The notes: generated from the sequence alone by a model not told the origin. A stretch of DNA of 64,000 nucleotides from Candidatus Hermodarchaeum yapensis (GCA_016840405.1 JAEOSK010000002.1:1-64000), one strand, 5' to 3'; counted from the stretch's first letter, positions 10,336 through 20,795 are shown. Translations and numbers: made by a program.

Positions 10336-11767
10336 TTTATTTTTCGAGAGATCCCTGTCTTTAAAGATGGGGATGAATCGCCCAAACAGTTATCTGCACC
10401 CCCAAAAACCAGAAAACCCCCCACGACCTTCCGACCCACAGCATGACTCCGATGCTGCTGACACACAAAATCCTCATCGCTCCCACGCCAGAACAAGCCC
10501 AAGTCCTGTGGGTTTTATCCGAAAAATGTCGTCTTCTCTACAACTTTGCCCTCGCCGAACGCCACCAGCATTGGACCATCAATCGTACAAAGCCGAAGAA
10601 CAAACGCACGCATATTACGTACACACAACAACAAAACACTTTACCCGCCCTCAAAATCAAGTATCCTGAGTATGCCTAGGTCTATTCGAAGGTCCTGCAA
10701 ATGACCTTGCGACGGCTCAATACTGATTACAAAGCCTTTTTTGCCCGTTGGCGCCGTAGAGATCTCAAGGCCCGACCGCCCCGTTTCAAGGGTAAGCAAT
10801 ACTTTACCACCCTGTGCTACAACCAATCAGGTTTCACCCTCTACACAGTTCATAAGCGAATTCGTTTCGCCCACCGCCACCCCTCAGGTGTTGACCTCAC
10901 ATTTGCCCTTCCTTGGGTACCACCCCTTCCCAGCAAAGTCAAACAGGTAGACCTCTTCCAGGATCGACGACGTCGATGGTTTGTCACCATCAGAAGCGAA
11001 GTGGCAATCCCCCAGTATGTGGACAATGGCCGGTATCAAGCCATGGACTTGGGAGTGATCAACTTGGTCACCGCAGTCAACTTGCAAGGAAAATTTGTGC
11101 CAATTCGGAATCATCGGGCGGACCTGTATTGGAAGGGCAAACTTCAGGAGGTACAGTCTCGGCGTGATCATTGTCGGAAGCACAGTAATCGGTGGTGGTT
11201 CTATCAGCGGAAATGGCTTAAGATGCGCTAAAAGCTAACCAACCCGCTGCGGGATTTCCAGCATAAGGTGTCCAAGGTCGTGGCGACGAATACCCGGGCA
11301 AATACCATTGTCATTAGTAATCTTGACGTGAAAGCCATGGTGCGAAAAAAGAAAGCCACGGGTTGTAGGCAGCAAGATGCAGCGACTCGGACGTTACATC
11401 ATTCGATGCAAAACACCGGCTTCTTTGGCCGGTTCGCCGAATTCTTAACCTACAAAGCTAAACAGGTAGGGAAGAGAGTTGTAAGAATTAATGAATCGTA
11501 TACTACATAGACGTGTTGCCGATGTGAACAGGTACATAAGCGGCGCTTGTCCGAGCGGATTATTCAATGCGATTGTGGAATTGGCCTTGACCGTGATCAG
11601 AACGCAGCAGTGAACCTGATGGTTCGGTTCCTATTGCAGCAACCCCCTATGAACGGGGAGTCATTGCAAGATTTCTTGCGTGGCTTGCATCGACAGACAG
11701 CCCTCCCCCAAGTTTTTAGGGGAGTGGACTCGATGGAAGCTCCTGCCTTCATGCAGTGGCAGTTCAC
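10336..11767 (+). mobile_element. IS200/IS605-family TnpB-only (IS1341-like) element, inactive
   Basis: Left-end hairpin ATCCCTGTC-TTTAAA-GATGGGGAT at 10351-10374. Right end GAAG+hairpin...GTTCAC at 11736-11767. The left boundary is uncertain by about 5 bp. Confidence 0.85.
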
Positions 11768-11780
11768 ACCGAATCCTTGA
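10443..11780 (+). pseudogene. tnpB: TnpB pseudogene with three in-frame stops
   Basis: Four ORF pieces in one frame. LYNFALAER, PPRFKG, AMDLG (RuvC I), ESYT*TCCRC, DRDQNAA. Stops are TAG 10677, TAA 11229 and TAG 11508. Confidence 0.92.
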
Positions 11781-12801
11781 AGATGCGTTCTGTGTTATGT
11801 GGTGCTGGTATATCCCTCATGGTGTAAAGGCCAGGTTTGGCGTCAATTATTACAGGGATAAGGTTGAGGAGCATGCCAATCGTTGCATGATCGCCATGAA
11901 CGCCACCTTCCATTCGTTGATGAATACTGGGATGACCATCAATTCGGACTTCATCATATGCAGGATCAGCATCAGCATAGGCGTTGAAGTCTAGCGTGAT
12001 GAGGGTCTTTCCTGCTTTTTGGCCGATGGCTCGACTCTTTAGTCCTCGAACCATCCCTTTTTCAACCGTAGCAAAGGGGGTCACGATTTTCTTATCGGCA
12101 ATCACTGGTTCGGGAGGTAGTTCTTCGACATGTTCTAAGCCCATGTTAAGGGTGTCACCTATCATCTGTAGCGATTCAACCAATCCCACATGACCGGTAA
12201 TTGCTCCTGTGGAGATGGCATGCTCAAAGTCTTGTTTGGTCATACCGGTGCCTATTTTCTTCTGGAATGCTGCACGCCGTGAGCTGGAGTTCATATTTCG
12301 TGTTACATGAATGGTTTCCACATGCTGAATGGGGGCTGAGAGGAAGATTGGTAACAGGTCCATCAGGAATCCGGGGTTAATGCCAGTGCCTAGAATCGAT
12401 TTCTTTGTCTTTTGTCCCATTTCATCAAGTTTCTTTGAGAGTTCTGGGTTTTTCTCATATGGGAATGATAATTCTTCGCAGAGTGAAAGGACATCCATCC
12501 CAGCATTCAAGCAATCTGAGATGGTGGGAACCACTTTAGCGAGTGCTGATGAAGTTGAAACTATCGCCACGTCAGCAGGATTATCCTTGAAATCAGATAG
12601 GACTTGTTGGAGATCATCTCGAATAGTAAGAGTAGAATCAATTTCACCCTCGATTAAATCTGATAATCGTTTACCCTTCAACTCGGGATTAACGTCTACA
12701 ACGGCATCGAGTTGCAGATTCTCTCGTTGGATAATAGCTTTAGCAATTGAGCGACCCAATGTTCCAAAGCCGATTTGGATTACGCGGAATGGTTTAGGCA
12801 T
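11764..12801 (-). CDS. NAD(P)-dependent amine dehydrogenase (2,4-diaminopentanoate dehydrogenase/DapB-like)
   Basis: IGFGTLG, CEELSFP, GTGINPGFLMD, GHVGLVES and GGVHGDHAT motifs. Confidence 0.85.
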   Translation of the reverse strand: MPKPFRVIQIGFGTLGRSIAKAIIQRENLQLDAVVDVNPELKGKRLSDLIEGEIDSTLTIRDDLQQVLSDFKDNPADVAIVSTSSALAKVVPTISDCLNAGMDVLSLCEELSFPYEKNPELSKKLDEMGQKTKKSILGTGINPGFLMDLLPIFLSAPIQHVETIHVTRNMNSSSRRAAFQKKIGTGMTKQDFEHAISTGAITGHVGLVESLQMIGDTLNMGLEHVEELPPEPVIADKKIVTPFATVEKGMVRGLKSRAIGQKAGKTLITLDFNAYADADPAYDEVRIDGHPSIHQRMEGGVHGDHATIGMLLNLIPVIIDAKPGLYTMRDIPAPHNTERIFKDSV

Positions 12802-12874
12802 GATTGCATTCAGTAAAAAAGGTGCTTAAAAGCTGTTTCGATGAATTATTTCTCTGAATGCGGTGAATTTTTGG

Positions 12875-14227
12875 CTAATTTGTTGGAAGCGCTAATTTTG
12901 TCCAGTCAACGAAGTCTTCACGTTTCCGGTCAATACGAGTACTGAGCCAGCTAATGAGGTCGTGAACGGTTTTGATTGCTGCGGGATGCATCATCATAAA
13001 GACATCAACACCAGCAAGGAGGAACATGAGTGCTGTGGTGCTTTCCCAGATGGGTCCCCGAAGCTCACGAGGTCCAAGTTCAGGTCTTTTCATCCAGGCC
13101 TCACGGGCTGCCCAAGCATTCGTCGTACCACTGCTTAAGGGGAACTGGAGTTCTTCATCACCAATTATACCTGCAAGGCGCATACGTTCCATGATAGTAA
13201 AGCTGTACTCTGCACCATACCCCAATGCAGCAGTAGTTGGGTCAATGATAATCTGGTCAGGTGTGATGTAATCAAGTAGTCGACGGTTGAGCTCCTTTTG
13301 TTGATTGATGTCAATACTTGTCCAGGAAAGGACAAGTTGGTCATGAGCCTTTGCGGCTTTTGCAACTGGCTCCCACATATCGACCGTAGCCGAAGCTAGG
13401 AGGACCCGTTCGCCCTCGGCAACTTCGGCAGCCAATGATAGGACTTCTGCGTCCCTGGCAGGATCACCTGAAGCACCCACAATAATTGGCACCTTCACTG
13501 CCTGTAAGACGTTTTCTAAGCCTTTCATGGCTTCTTTGGCACTTGTATCCTTGAGGAGGGGATCTGTACTAATCATATGATAGGTGATGAGGTCTGCACC
13601 AAATTTGTCAATGACTAGCCTTGCCCACTCAGCAGGGTCATCCATAACATCATCGTAGTGCATGCGTACAGCTTTCGCAAGCTTGATGCGCATATCAAAG
13701 ACGTCAGCTGCAACTACGGGGGGATGCTTGGGCGGGGCTTGGAAAAGGTTCCATGCTGGACCCTTATGTCCGCCAACAGTGATGGTCTTACTCCGTGATC
13801 CTCCATTACCTTTCGTTGCACCAAGGGTGATTTCACGAATCTGACCCGAATACTCGGTGAGTGGCGCTTTAAAGCGAGCTTTCAGCAGTTCTGCTGGGCG
13901 AGTTGGCACTGGAATAGCAGGTATAGGCATTGTTGATTGACCCGTTGGAAGTTGCACCTGCATTCCTAACGCTGCGAGCATTTGCTGAGCGAATTGTTGT
14001 ACTGCAATAGCGTTTTGGGCAAGAAATTGTCGGGCTTGGTCAGACATGCCTGCTCCAGCGCCAGGTGGTACAGTGACTTCGAGTTCGTCGACATCAATGG
14101 TCATGTCTACCAGTTCGAGTTCCTCAAACTTCCCAAAGAGGGCTTCCAGTGGACCGAGGATTCCCAATTCGGGGTTGTCGGTGGAGACTGTGAGTTCACT
14201 TTTTTCTTTATTCTTCTCAGGCGACAT
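12875..14227 (-). CDS. cdhD: ACDS delta subunit (corrinoid FeS protein small subunit)
   Basis: GGSRSKTITVGG, DPAEWA, DPTTAALGYGAEY and MERMRLAG motifs; long N-terminal extension. Confidence 0.95.
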   Translation of the reverse strand: MSPEKNKEKSELTVSTDNPELGILGPLEALFGKFEELELVDMTIDVDELEVTVPPGAGAGMSDQARQFLAQNAIAVQQFAQQMLAALGMQVQLPTGQSTMPIPAIPVPTRPAELLKARFKAPLTEYSGQIREITLGATKGNGGSRSKTITVGGHKGPAWNLFQAPPKHPPVVAADVFDMRIKLAKAVRMHYDDVMDDPAEWARLVIDKFGADLITYHMISTDPLLKDTSAKEAMKGLENVLQAVKVPIIVGASGDPARDAEVLSLAAEVAEGERVLLASATVDMWEPVAKAAKAHDQLVLSWTSIDINQQKELNRRLLDYITPDQIIIDPTTAALGYGAEYSFTIMERMRLAGIIGDEELQFPLSSGTTNAWAAREAWMKRPELGPRELRGPIWESTTALMFLLAGVDVFMMMHPAAIKTVHDLISWLSTRIDRKREDFVDWTKLALPTN

Positions 14228-14239
14228 TATTCATCGCCT

Positions 14240-15673
14240 CTACGATTTTTTGCCCTTCTGATCTAGGCGTTTAATAATGACTTTCTCTGCATAAATTTTC
14301 GCGTTCTTAAAGATGATTTGGAATCCAGGACCACCGCCAGTTGCGGGCACCATCGTTGTCATTTGACCGGGCATCATGAAGGGTTGAGTCTGTTGACCTG
14401 CAGGCATGATTTCTTCCTGACGTTCTTCCTCTTCCAATCGCGCGGCAGCACCAGTCTCAACCCAGCGCTCAGCAACTGGGTGATGGTGGTCTTTAAGATA
14501 GGATTTCAATTCATCAATGCTAGATACGTCATTCTCAGTCGGGATAATATCTCGTAAATTCTCGGGCATGAAGTCATAGACCCGATCCTTTATGGCTTTG
14601 GGCAACCAGACAATCCGCTCCCACCCACCATCCACTTGAAGGAATTTTGGAGAGCGCATATATTCAATTGAAACGCCATGAAAACCAGGAATTTGACGTC
14701 CACCAGCTGTGGAATCTGCCATTGTGGAGAATGGAAGTCCATTCACGGCGTTTCCCTTATAGTCACGATGGACAAGTCCAAGACCATCGACTTCTGGGAT
14801 TACAAAGGCAATCGCTTCGAAACATCCACAACTAGTGTGCGGTTTTTCAAATGCACTGTACAAACAGACATCGGTTACTGCGCCTAGAGTTTTTTCTTTG
14901 TATGCCTGATTTACTCCCTCATATTCTCCCTTATATTCGTCAATGGGTGCTCCTTTTTCGATTGCAAATAAGGGTCCCTTTGGGTCCACTCGTGCAGCGG
15001 CGCGCCCGTCAAACCAACTAATTGCACCACAATTTGCATATCGTTGTGCAGTGATTGTGCAACAATGGGTAGGTGCGAAGCTCTGGCAGAGGGTGCAGCC
15101 ATAGAAGACATCAACTTCTTCATCTTTGAGGCCACGGGCACGTGCATCACGTTCGTCATAGCGGATGATGGCTTTATCATACTGTTCCGCGATTTTATCT
15201 GGGTCGGTGATGAAGGTGACCTGGATCTTTTCGATGATGGGAAGTTCGCTTTTATAGAGGCGCTCATAGACCTGACCCATGAGTTTGAAGGTATTGAGCC
15301 CTTTTTGGAAAGATTTCTTGCTAATCCGAATCCAGATGTCGTAGCGCTGGTTGAGGTGCATAACACCTTCCATGAAGTTTGTATATTCGTGAACGTGACG
15401 TTCAAGAACACCTTCTAAATCTTCTTCAACTTCCTTACCGGCGACTTCAATGAGGATACCTAGGGGATGGGCTCCACCTTCTTCGAGGTCTTTAAGGTCA
15501 GGACCAATGATCTCAACTTTGCCATCTTCGATTTCGTTCATCTTTTTGGTGACAACCAATTCGAATTTCTTTTCAATCTTGGGTCCACCAAGTTCAACTT
15601 GCATGTCAGCTTTTCGAATGCGTTCGCCTTCGAAGACGACACCGACAGCTACTGGTAAGTCTTCAAATGACAT
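14240..15673 (-). CDS. cdhC: Acetyl-CoA synthase (ACDS beta subunit)
   Basis: FEGERIRK, FYGCTLCQSFAPTH and PHTSCGCFE (A-cluster) motifs. Confidence 0.97.
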   Translation of the reverse strand: MSFEDLPVAVGVVFEGERIRKADMQVELGGPKIEKKFELVVTKKMNEIEDGKVEIIGPDLKDLEEGGAHPLGILIEVAGKEVEEDLEGVLERHVHEYTNFMEGVMHLNQRYDIWIRISKKSFQKGLNTFKLMGQVYERLYKSELPIIEKIQVTFITDPDKIAEQYDKAIIRYDERDARARGLKDEEVDVFYGCTLCQSFAPTHCCTITAQRYANCGAISWFDGRAAARVDPKGPLFAIEKGAPIDEYKGEYEGVNQAYKEKTLGAVTDVCLYSAFEKPHTSCGCFEAIAFVIPEVDGLGLVHRDYKGNAVNGLPFSTMADSTAGGRQIPGFHGVSIEYMRSPKFLQVDGGWERIVWLPKAIKDRVYDFMPENLRDIIPTENDVSSIDELKSYLKDHHHPVAERWVETGAAARLEEEERQEEIMPAGQQTQPFMMPGQMTTMVPATGGGPGFQIIFKNAKIYAEKVIIKRLDQKGKKS

Positions 15674-16243
15674 TTACTTTGTACCTCCTAAAATAGATAG
15701 GATTTCTTTGAGGGCATCATTCCATTTTTGTTTCTTGAGGTTTGGAAAGCTCCACGTTGCATGAGGTTGGAAATAACGACCGAGAGTAATGGTCTTGATT
15801 TGAGGGGCGAAGTTAATGAGCGCAGACAACATAAGCCATTCCATGTAGTATGGATATCCGAAGGTCATGACAAGGTCATGGGGTCCTTTCTTCGGAGCAA
15901 CCATCCAGTCGGGATCTTGAAGTTTTCCAGCGATTTCCATTACTCCGTGTGAGTAAACATTGTCAAAGTTCTTCTCTTTGAATGCTTTGATGGTGTTTGA
16001 TGTGGCAACGACTGGTATCTTTGCAGCTGTGGAAAGTTCAATGAAGTAGTCAATCATAGATTTTTTCCGCGTCTTTTCTGTTAGTGCGTTTGCACCTACT
16101 ATCAGAAGTGGGTGTTTTGCTTTTTTGAGAAGGGCTCCCACAACTACGGGTTTTTTGAGTTCTTGGGCTTTAGTTGGTCCGCAGACTTCAGCGGTTTGCC
16201 AGGGTTCAGCTCGCATCATTTTACTTGCTACCTCCATTGCCAC
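15674..16243 (-). CDS. cdhB: ACDS epsilon subunit
   Basis: KKAKHPLLIVG, LQDPDW and YFQPHATWSFPN motifs; lies between cdhA and cdhC. Confidence 0.93.
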   Translation of the reverse strand: MAMEVASKMMRAEPWQTAEVCGPTKAQELKKPVVVGALLKKAKHPLLIVGANALTEKTRKKSMIDYFIELSTAAKIPVVATSNTIKAFKEKNFDNVYSHGVMEIAGKLQDPDWMVAPKKGPHDLVMTFGYPYYMEWLMLSALINFAPQIKTITLGRYFQPHATWSFPNLKKQKWNDALKEILSILGGTK

Positions 16244-18578
16244 CGAACACCATTCGTTTCAATAGCGTCGGATCTGGAATGGGTCGTTCTTTCCACTTGT
16301 TTTCCTTCATCTGAGCATGAATTTTGTCTTTAAGAGTGATAGGAATATCTGTTTCTCTCCGAATAAACGTGTGAACATCATCGGGGAAGTAACCTTTGTA
16401 TCTCTCGTGTAGATCGATGTAATGGCTCAGTTTAATTGCTCGACCTCTAGCAGTGTCGTTTGGTCGGATAGCTAATTTGGCAGTTAGTACCATGCATTCC
16501 TCCATGTTTTCTACAGCATAGAACAGGTGTTCGGGACCTGGAGCAATTTGAACTTCGTTCCCTGTTCGAGCATCGTATACCATCCAGTCCTTTGCTCGAT
16601 CAGCGCGACCTAATAGCATTCGACGATATTTAGCCCCGTGTGGACCAACAATAACTGGAACGCCGAGTCGCCAGAAACCAGAAGCAATTGAAGCAGCTTT
16701 CTGTGACATAGCACCCCAAGAGATTCCGACAGCTCCCACTCGATTGTGTATGTAGTCCGCGATTTCTTCGTAGTTTCCACGTAGGTTACGTTTGGCGAAG
16801 ATGCTCGCAATTTTTATGGCTGCACCTGCGATGTGGGGGTTTGACACACAAGATCCAACATTTACAACACCACCGGCATCAAAGTGACCTGAGCGACGTT
16901 CGTAGATACTTTTCCCTTCATCGTCTTTGATAGTGCCCACAGTCATTGCTGCACATCCAGATAATACGATAATGAAGCGACGTTGAGCAAATTCCTCGCA
17001 CATGTCATGGATGGCACGTCCTCCATCGGGGTAGTTGGCACATCCTACATGCGCGATAACACCGGGAATTTCTCCGAAAACAACGGGTTGTCCAACGGCC
17101 CGGATTTCGGTATCTTTGATTGCCCCACGCCCAGTGCGAACTAGGTAGCTCTCATTCATCCAACGGTCTTTAGCAGCGGTTACCATCCAGCTATGGAGAT
17201 CGTATTCATTTGGGCAAGCGGACTCACACCGGGCACAACCGATACATTCATCATAGACATCACCTAGAGGACCGAAATTCGCTTCTTGTGCGGCAAGGAC
17301 CGCTTCCATAATTGGTTGGTCATTTGGACATGCCCGTCGACATTCCGAGCATTGACGACATGCTTGAGCGAGTTCTTGGATTTTCTTTTTACTTGGGAGT
17401 GAGGTCTTACCTTTGCGTTTCGGTTTCACGGCAATAGCTGTTTTCACCACTACTTCGCCAACCTTATTATGGTCACCTATAAACACTCCAGGCACTTTAA
17501 ATGAAACAAGGTCAGCGACGATGTCATCGACATCATCATTTGTGCGGTCTGGTAAACCCATACAGGATTTATCGCAAGTGGCGATTACTGGGGCGTTCAC
17601 TTTCTGAGCATGTTGGGCAATATCGGTACGAATACACTGTTCATCTACGACAACAACGTCAGCTATGCCACTCCTTACAAAGCGGAGCTGCCAGGAAATT
17701 GGACCTACAATTTTGGCTTTAGCATCATGACGTGTTATGTCCCAGGCAGTACAACAAATTCCACTGACATCGAGTTTATTTTGAAGGTTATGTTCCATAG
17801 CGTAGTCAGTGATAGCTGCAGCAGGGACAACATTGTGTCCAATGCACAGGATATTGGCCTTAGACTGATCCATCGAAGCCATACCTGCTTCAACTAGAGG
17901 TGCCTCAGGATCAGATTGAGGAAAGCCCATCGTAGAAATCTGCACCAAATCGGCAATCTCCATTCCTACTTGATCGACCATTCCTGCATGAAAGGCCTTG
18001 GATTCAAAATCTATCCAACTACCTTCCTGTCCTGTATGGACTGCCGAGAGGGTATGAGTTAATTGTGTTTCACAATAGTCGAGAATCGATGAGGCATCAT
18101 CAAGTGTACGTGGTCGAATTCCAGTCACTAATCGAGACACAGGTGCTTCAATATCCACACCTTCTCCCTGTGTCAATTGATATCGCGGACCAAATTCATG
18201 AATCAAGTGATCAACTAGATGTCGAGCATGCGCCAAGTGTGCTGCACACCCAATATTGCAAGCAGCCAACACAATTCGCGCTGACTGCGCCTTAATATCT
18301 AAACCACATGCTCCTCGTTTTCCCCCCGTCAAATCGCATTTTCCGAATGTACAAAGGCAGCATAGTTGACATGCTGGCATGTATGATGGTTCGTACTTTG
18401 TGAGGAGTTTGTGGTCCCAGTCACGAAGAGTTGTGACGCCTGGCATGGGTGTGGGTCCCATAGGCTCGTCCCAATCTTCATCGATGACTTTGCCGATGGT
18501 GACTTCGACGTTTCGGAAGGACCCGAATCCGGTGTCGAGTTTATCGGCTTTGATTCGTGCTCGTTTTTGTTCTGTCAA
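16221..18578 (-). CDS. cdhA: CO dehydrogenase (ACDS alpha subunit)
   Basis: GPTPMP, CQLCCLCTFGKC, CIGHN, DEQC, GCANYP, GSCVSN motifs and a 2x[4Fe-4S] insert. Confidence 0.97.
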   Translation of the reverse strand: MTEQKRARIKADKLDTGFGSFRNVEVTIGKVIDEDWDEPMGPTPMPGVTTLRDWDHKLLTKYEPSYMPACQLCCLCTFGKCDLTGGKRGACGLDIKAQSARIVLAACNIGCAAHLAHARHLVDHLIHEFGPRYQLTQGEGVDIEAPVSRLVTGIRPRTLDDASSILDYCETQLTHTLSAVHTGQEGSWIDFESKAFHAGMVDQVGMEIADLVQISTMGFPQSDPEAPLVEAGMASMDQSKANILCIGHNVVPAAAITDYAMEHNLQNKLDVSGICCTAWDITRHDAKAKIVGPISWQLRFVRSGIADVVVVDEQCIRTDIAQHAQKVNAPVIATCDKSCMGLPDRTNDDVDDIVADLVSFKVPGVFIGDHNKVGEVVVKTAIAVKPKRKGKTSLPSKKKIQELAQACRQCSECRRACPNDQPIMEAVLAAQEANFGPLGDVYDECIGCARCESACPNEYDLHSWMVTAAKDRWMNESYLVRTGRGAIKDTEIRAVGQPVVFGEIPGVIAHVGCANYPDGGRAIHDMCEEFAQRRFIIVLSGCAAMTVGTIKDDEGKSIYERRSGHFDAGGVVNVGSCVSNPHIAGAAIKIASIFAKRNLRGNYEEIADYIHNRVGAVGISWGAMSQKAASIASGFWRLGVPVIVGPHGAKYRRMLLGRADRAKDWMVYDARTGNEVQIAPGPEHLFYAVENMEECMVLTAKLAIRPNDTARGRAIKLSHYIDLHERYKGYFPDDVHTFIRRETDIPITLKDKIHAQMKENKWKERPIPDPTLLKRMVFGGNGGSK

Positions 18579-18728
18579 TGTTTAATCAACCTTTATTCTG
18601 CGCGCATTGTCAAAGGTGAAATGTTGTCAAAATAGTAGCAATATGTCCTTTAAGTTTTGATGCATCTGCAATGTTTTCCATTAACAGTGTAAATACGGGG
18701 GTTTAAACACACAAGAAGGAACCGAAAT

Positions 18729-19106
18729 TCACCTAATTCGTCTCCTTACTCGAATAATGACTAGAGGAATAATCACAAACAGGCAACCAACGAGAACGGA
18801 AATCCATGGATATCCCGGAACTGGTGGTGGAGCGATTGCCTCTACTGTGATGATAATCGTCGTAGAGAAGGAATTTCCATGAGCATCACACACTGTGATG
18901 GTTACAGAATATTCGCCTGGTTCAAGAAGGAGAGTATTGGTGAGTAAGCCACTGGAGCTGATGCTGAAATGGGTTATACCATCAATAGTACACTGAGTGA
19001 TTCCGGAAAGGTCAGTGGCATACATTCTATATAAAAATAAGGATGGCTTCCTCAACATTACGCTTCCATTCTGAGAGGCGATCAAGACGGTTGACGTCAC
19101 GATCAA
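18729..19106 (-). pseudogene. C-terminal fragment of a surface protein (Ig-like domain, PVPGYP, TM, basic tail)
   Basis: ATDLSGI...GEYSVTITVCDAHGN then a sorting tail; no signal peptide, so it appears truncated. Confidence 0.55.
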
Positions 19107-19150
19107 CTAATCAGCCTCTCTCCACTTTTTTCTAGCAGATATTCAAGATT

Positions 19151-20227
19151 CTAGAATCGTTTCCGTTTTTTGAAGTAGATGACCAAAACAATACACACAA
19201 TGACACAGCATAAAGTAACCACGATAAGTAGTTGGAACTGGATGGGAATTGTCTGAGACATTGTGTTGATGACGAAGAAATCGATGGTTGTATTGTCAGG
19301 TTGAATTGCGGTAACACTGACTTGGGTTGACTCCACATCGATTTTACAGAAATGGTATGCCTGATAAGCCACATCTCCGACTTGCCACTGTGGAGCGGTG
19401 GGATCCGGTGGATAAGGTGGGGCTCCTCCACCACCAGTGACAACGTAGTAGATACCATCACGGATACATCGGTAGTAATAATGGTCATGGCCACAAAAGA
19501 CGAGGTCGACACCATGTTGGACAAAGAGTTGGTGAAATTCTTGACGAATGGTTTCAGCTTGGTCCCATCGGTCTACTCGGTTTTGACGAATGGACCATGC
19601 GGGTCTATGGTATGAAGCTATGATGAAGTCTGTAGGTCGTGTATTGGCTAAATCGGTAAGTAACCAGTCCATTTGGGTTTGTGAGCAGTTGAAAATATCA
19701 GTGTCATAGTCAAAGTAGTCATCGGTGTTTAAGATGATGAAATGGATTCCGCCATAATCAAAGGAGTAATGGAGTTCGGTTTCACCAGGATTGTTAGTAA
19801 AATCAGCGAAATTGAAGAACTGACGATATTGAGTGAAATCCTCATCGGTGATGTTCCATTGATCCGTGTATTTTTCATGATTACCAACGACGCCGAAGAA
19901 GAGTATTCCAGCATCCCAGATGGGTTGGATTGAGTCATTGAATTCTAGCCACTGGTTCCAGATGCCACCTCTATTCACCATATCTCCGGTGTGAATGACA
20001 AAATCAGGATTTTGTTGCAAGTATGCTGTAACAATATCTGAATGGATGGGCGATACTGCGTCGTCTCCAGCCCCTCGAGAATCTCCGTAGGCAATGAATG
20101 TGAAATCAGAAAGGGGTTGAGCTAGTATGGAGGTAGACGTGATTAATTGAGGAGCAAGTATTGAAAAAAGGAGCACAAAGATTGCTGCAATCGTATTTTT
20201 TTGTGGTCGAACCATAATCATTGCCAT
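19151..20227 (-). CDS. Secreted, membrane-anchored metallophosphoesterase
   Basis: GDSR, HTGDMV, GNHE and GHDH motifs; signal peptide and C-terminal TM with KKRKR. Confidence 0.9.
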   Translation of the reverse strand: MAMIMVRPQKNTIAAIFVLLFSILAPQLITSTSILAQPLSDFTFIAYGDSRGAGDDAVSPIHSDIVTAYLQQNPDFVIHTGDMVNRGGIWNQWLEFNDSIQPIWDAGILFFGVVGNHEKYTDQWNITDEDFTQYRQFFNFADFTNNPGETELHYSFDYGGIHFIILNTDDYFDYDTDIFNCSQTQMDWLLTDLANTRPTDFIIASYHRPAWSIRQNRVDRWDQAETIRQEFHQLFVQHGVDLVFCGHDHYYYRCIRDGIYYVVTGGGGAPPYPPDPTAPQWQVGDVAYQAYHFCKIDVESTQVSVTAIQPDNTTIDFFVINTMSQTIPIQFQLLIVVTLCCVIVCIVLVIYFKKRKRF

Positions 20228-20417
20228 GAAGTTTGTCTTTGAGATAGGATAAATCGCTTTCTCATGGTTAATACGGGTGATTCAGAATTGTGTGGTTGAC
20301 AATAGTGGTGGTTTCTTTCTAAGTCAACAATGAGTTAAAGGTTCTAATCTTGAGAGTATTCTAGGTAAGCGAAAACTTGTCAGCTTTACATTATTCGTTT
20401 TACATTAGTGATTTAAC

Positions 20418-20435
20418 TGTTGACTTAAGTCAACA
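20418..20435. promoter_or_regulatory. Operator-like perfect palindrome TGTTGACTTAAGTCAACA
   Basis: 18-bp perfect palindrome next to TATA-like TTATTAAAA; extra half-site TAAGTCAACA near 20320. Confidence 0.6.
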
Positions 20436-20489
20436 TTATTAAAAGCTTAAGTAAAACTATTCCTAAACTTTTCTTTGAGGTGAAAGGTT

Positions 20490-20783
20490 ATGCCCCTTTA
20501 TATCACTCTCATGAAATTAACTGAAAAAGGCGTCAAAGAACTTCAGGATGCGCCCAAACGAATCGAAACCGGCATCAAGTACATGGAACGGCTTGGTGGA
20601 AAGTTACTGGGATTCTATGTGACATTCGGTGAATACGATTATATTGGAATTGCTGATGCTCCTAATGATGAGGTGGCGATGCGGTTCCTCCTTGGCTTGG
20701 GTTCAGCGGGTAATGTACGAACGACGACTCTCAAGGCGTTCACGAAAGAACAGTATGCAGAGATCATCAAGAAGATCCCGTGA
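20490..20783 (+). CDS. GYD domain protein
   Basis: YVTFGEYD and GNVRTTTLKAF motifs; GAGGTGA RBS. Confidence 0.9.
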   Translation: MPLYITLMKLTEKGVKELQDAPKRIETGIKYMERLGGKLLGFYVTFGEYDYIGIADAPNDEVAMRFLLGLGSAGNVRTTTLKAFTKEQYAEIIKKIP

Positions 20784-20795
20784 TGAGAGAGTAGG

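Noticed and set aside
10310-10669. 119-aa ORF as TnpA
   Set aside because: No HUH or Tyr motif; it is an alternate frame over the IS left end and tnpB.
10677-11510. Pyrrolysine or readthrough at the TnpB TAG codons
   Set aside because: A TAA also interrupts the frame, and the TAGs fit TGG/CAG point mutations.
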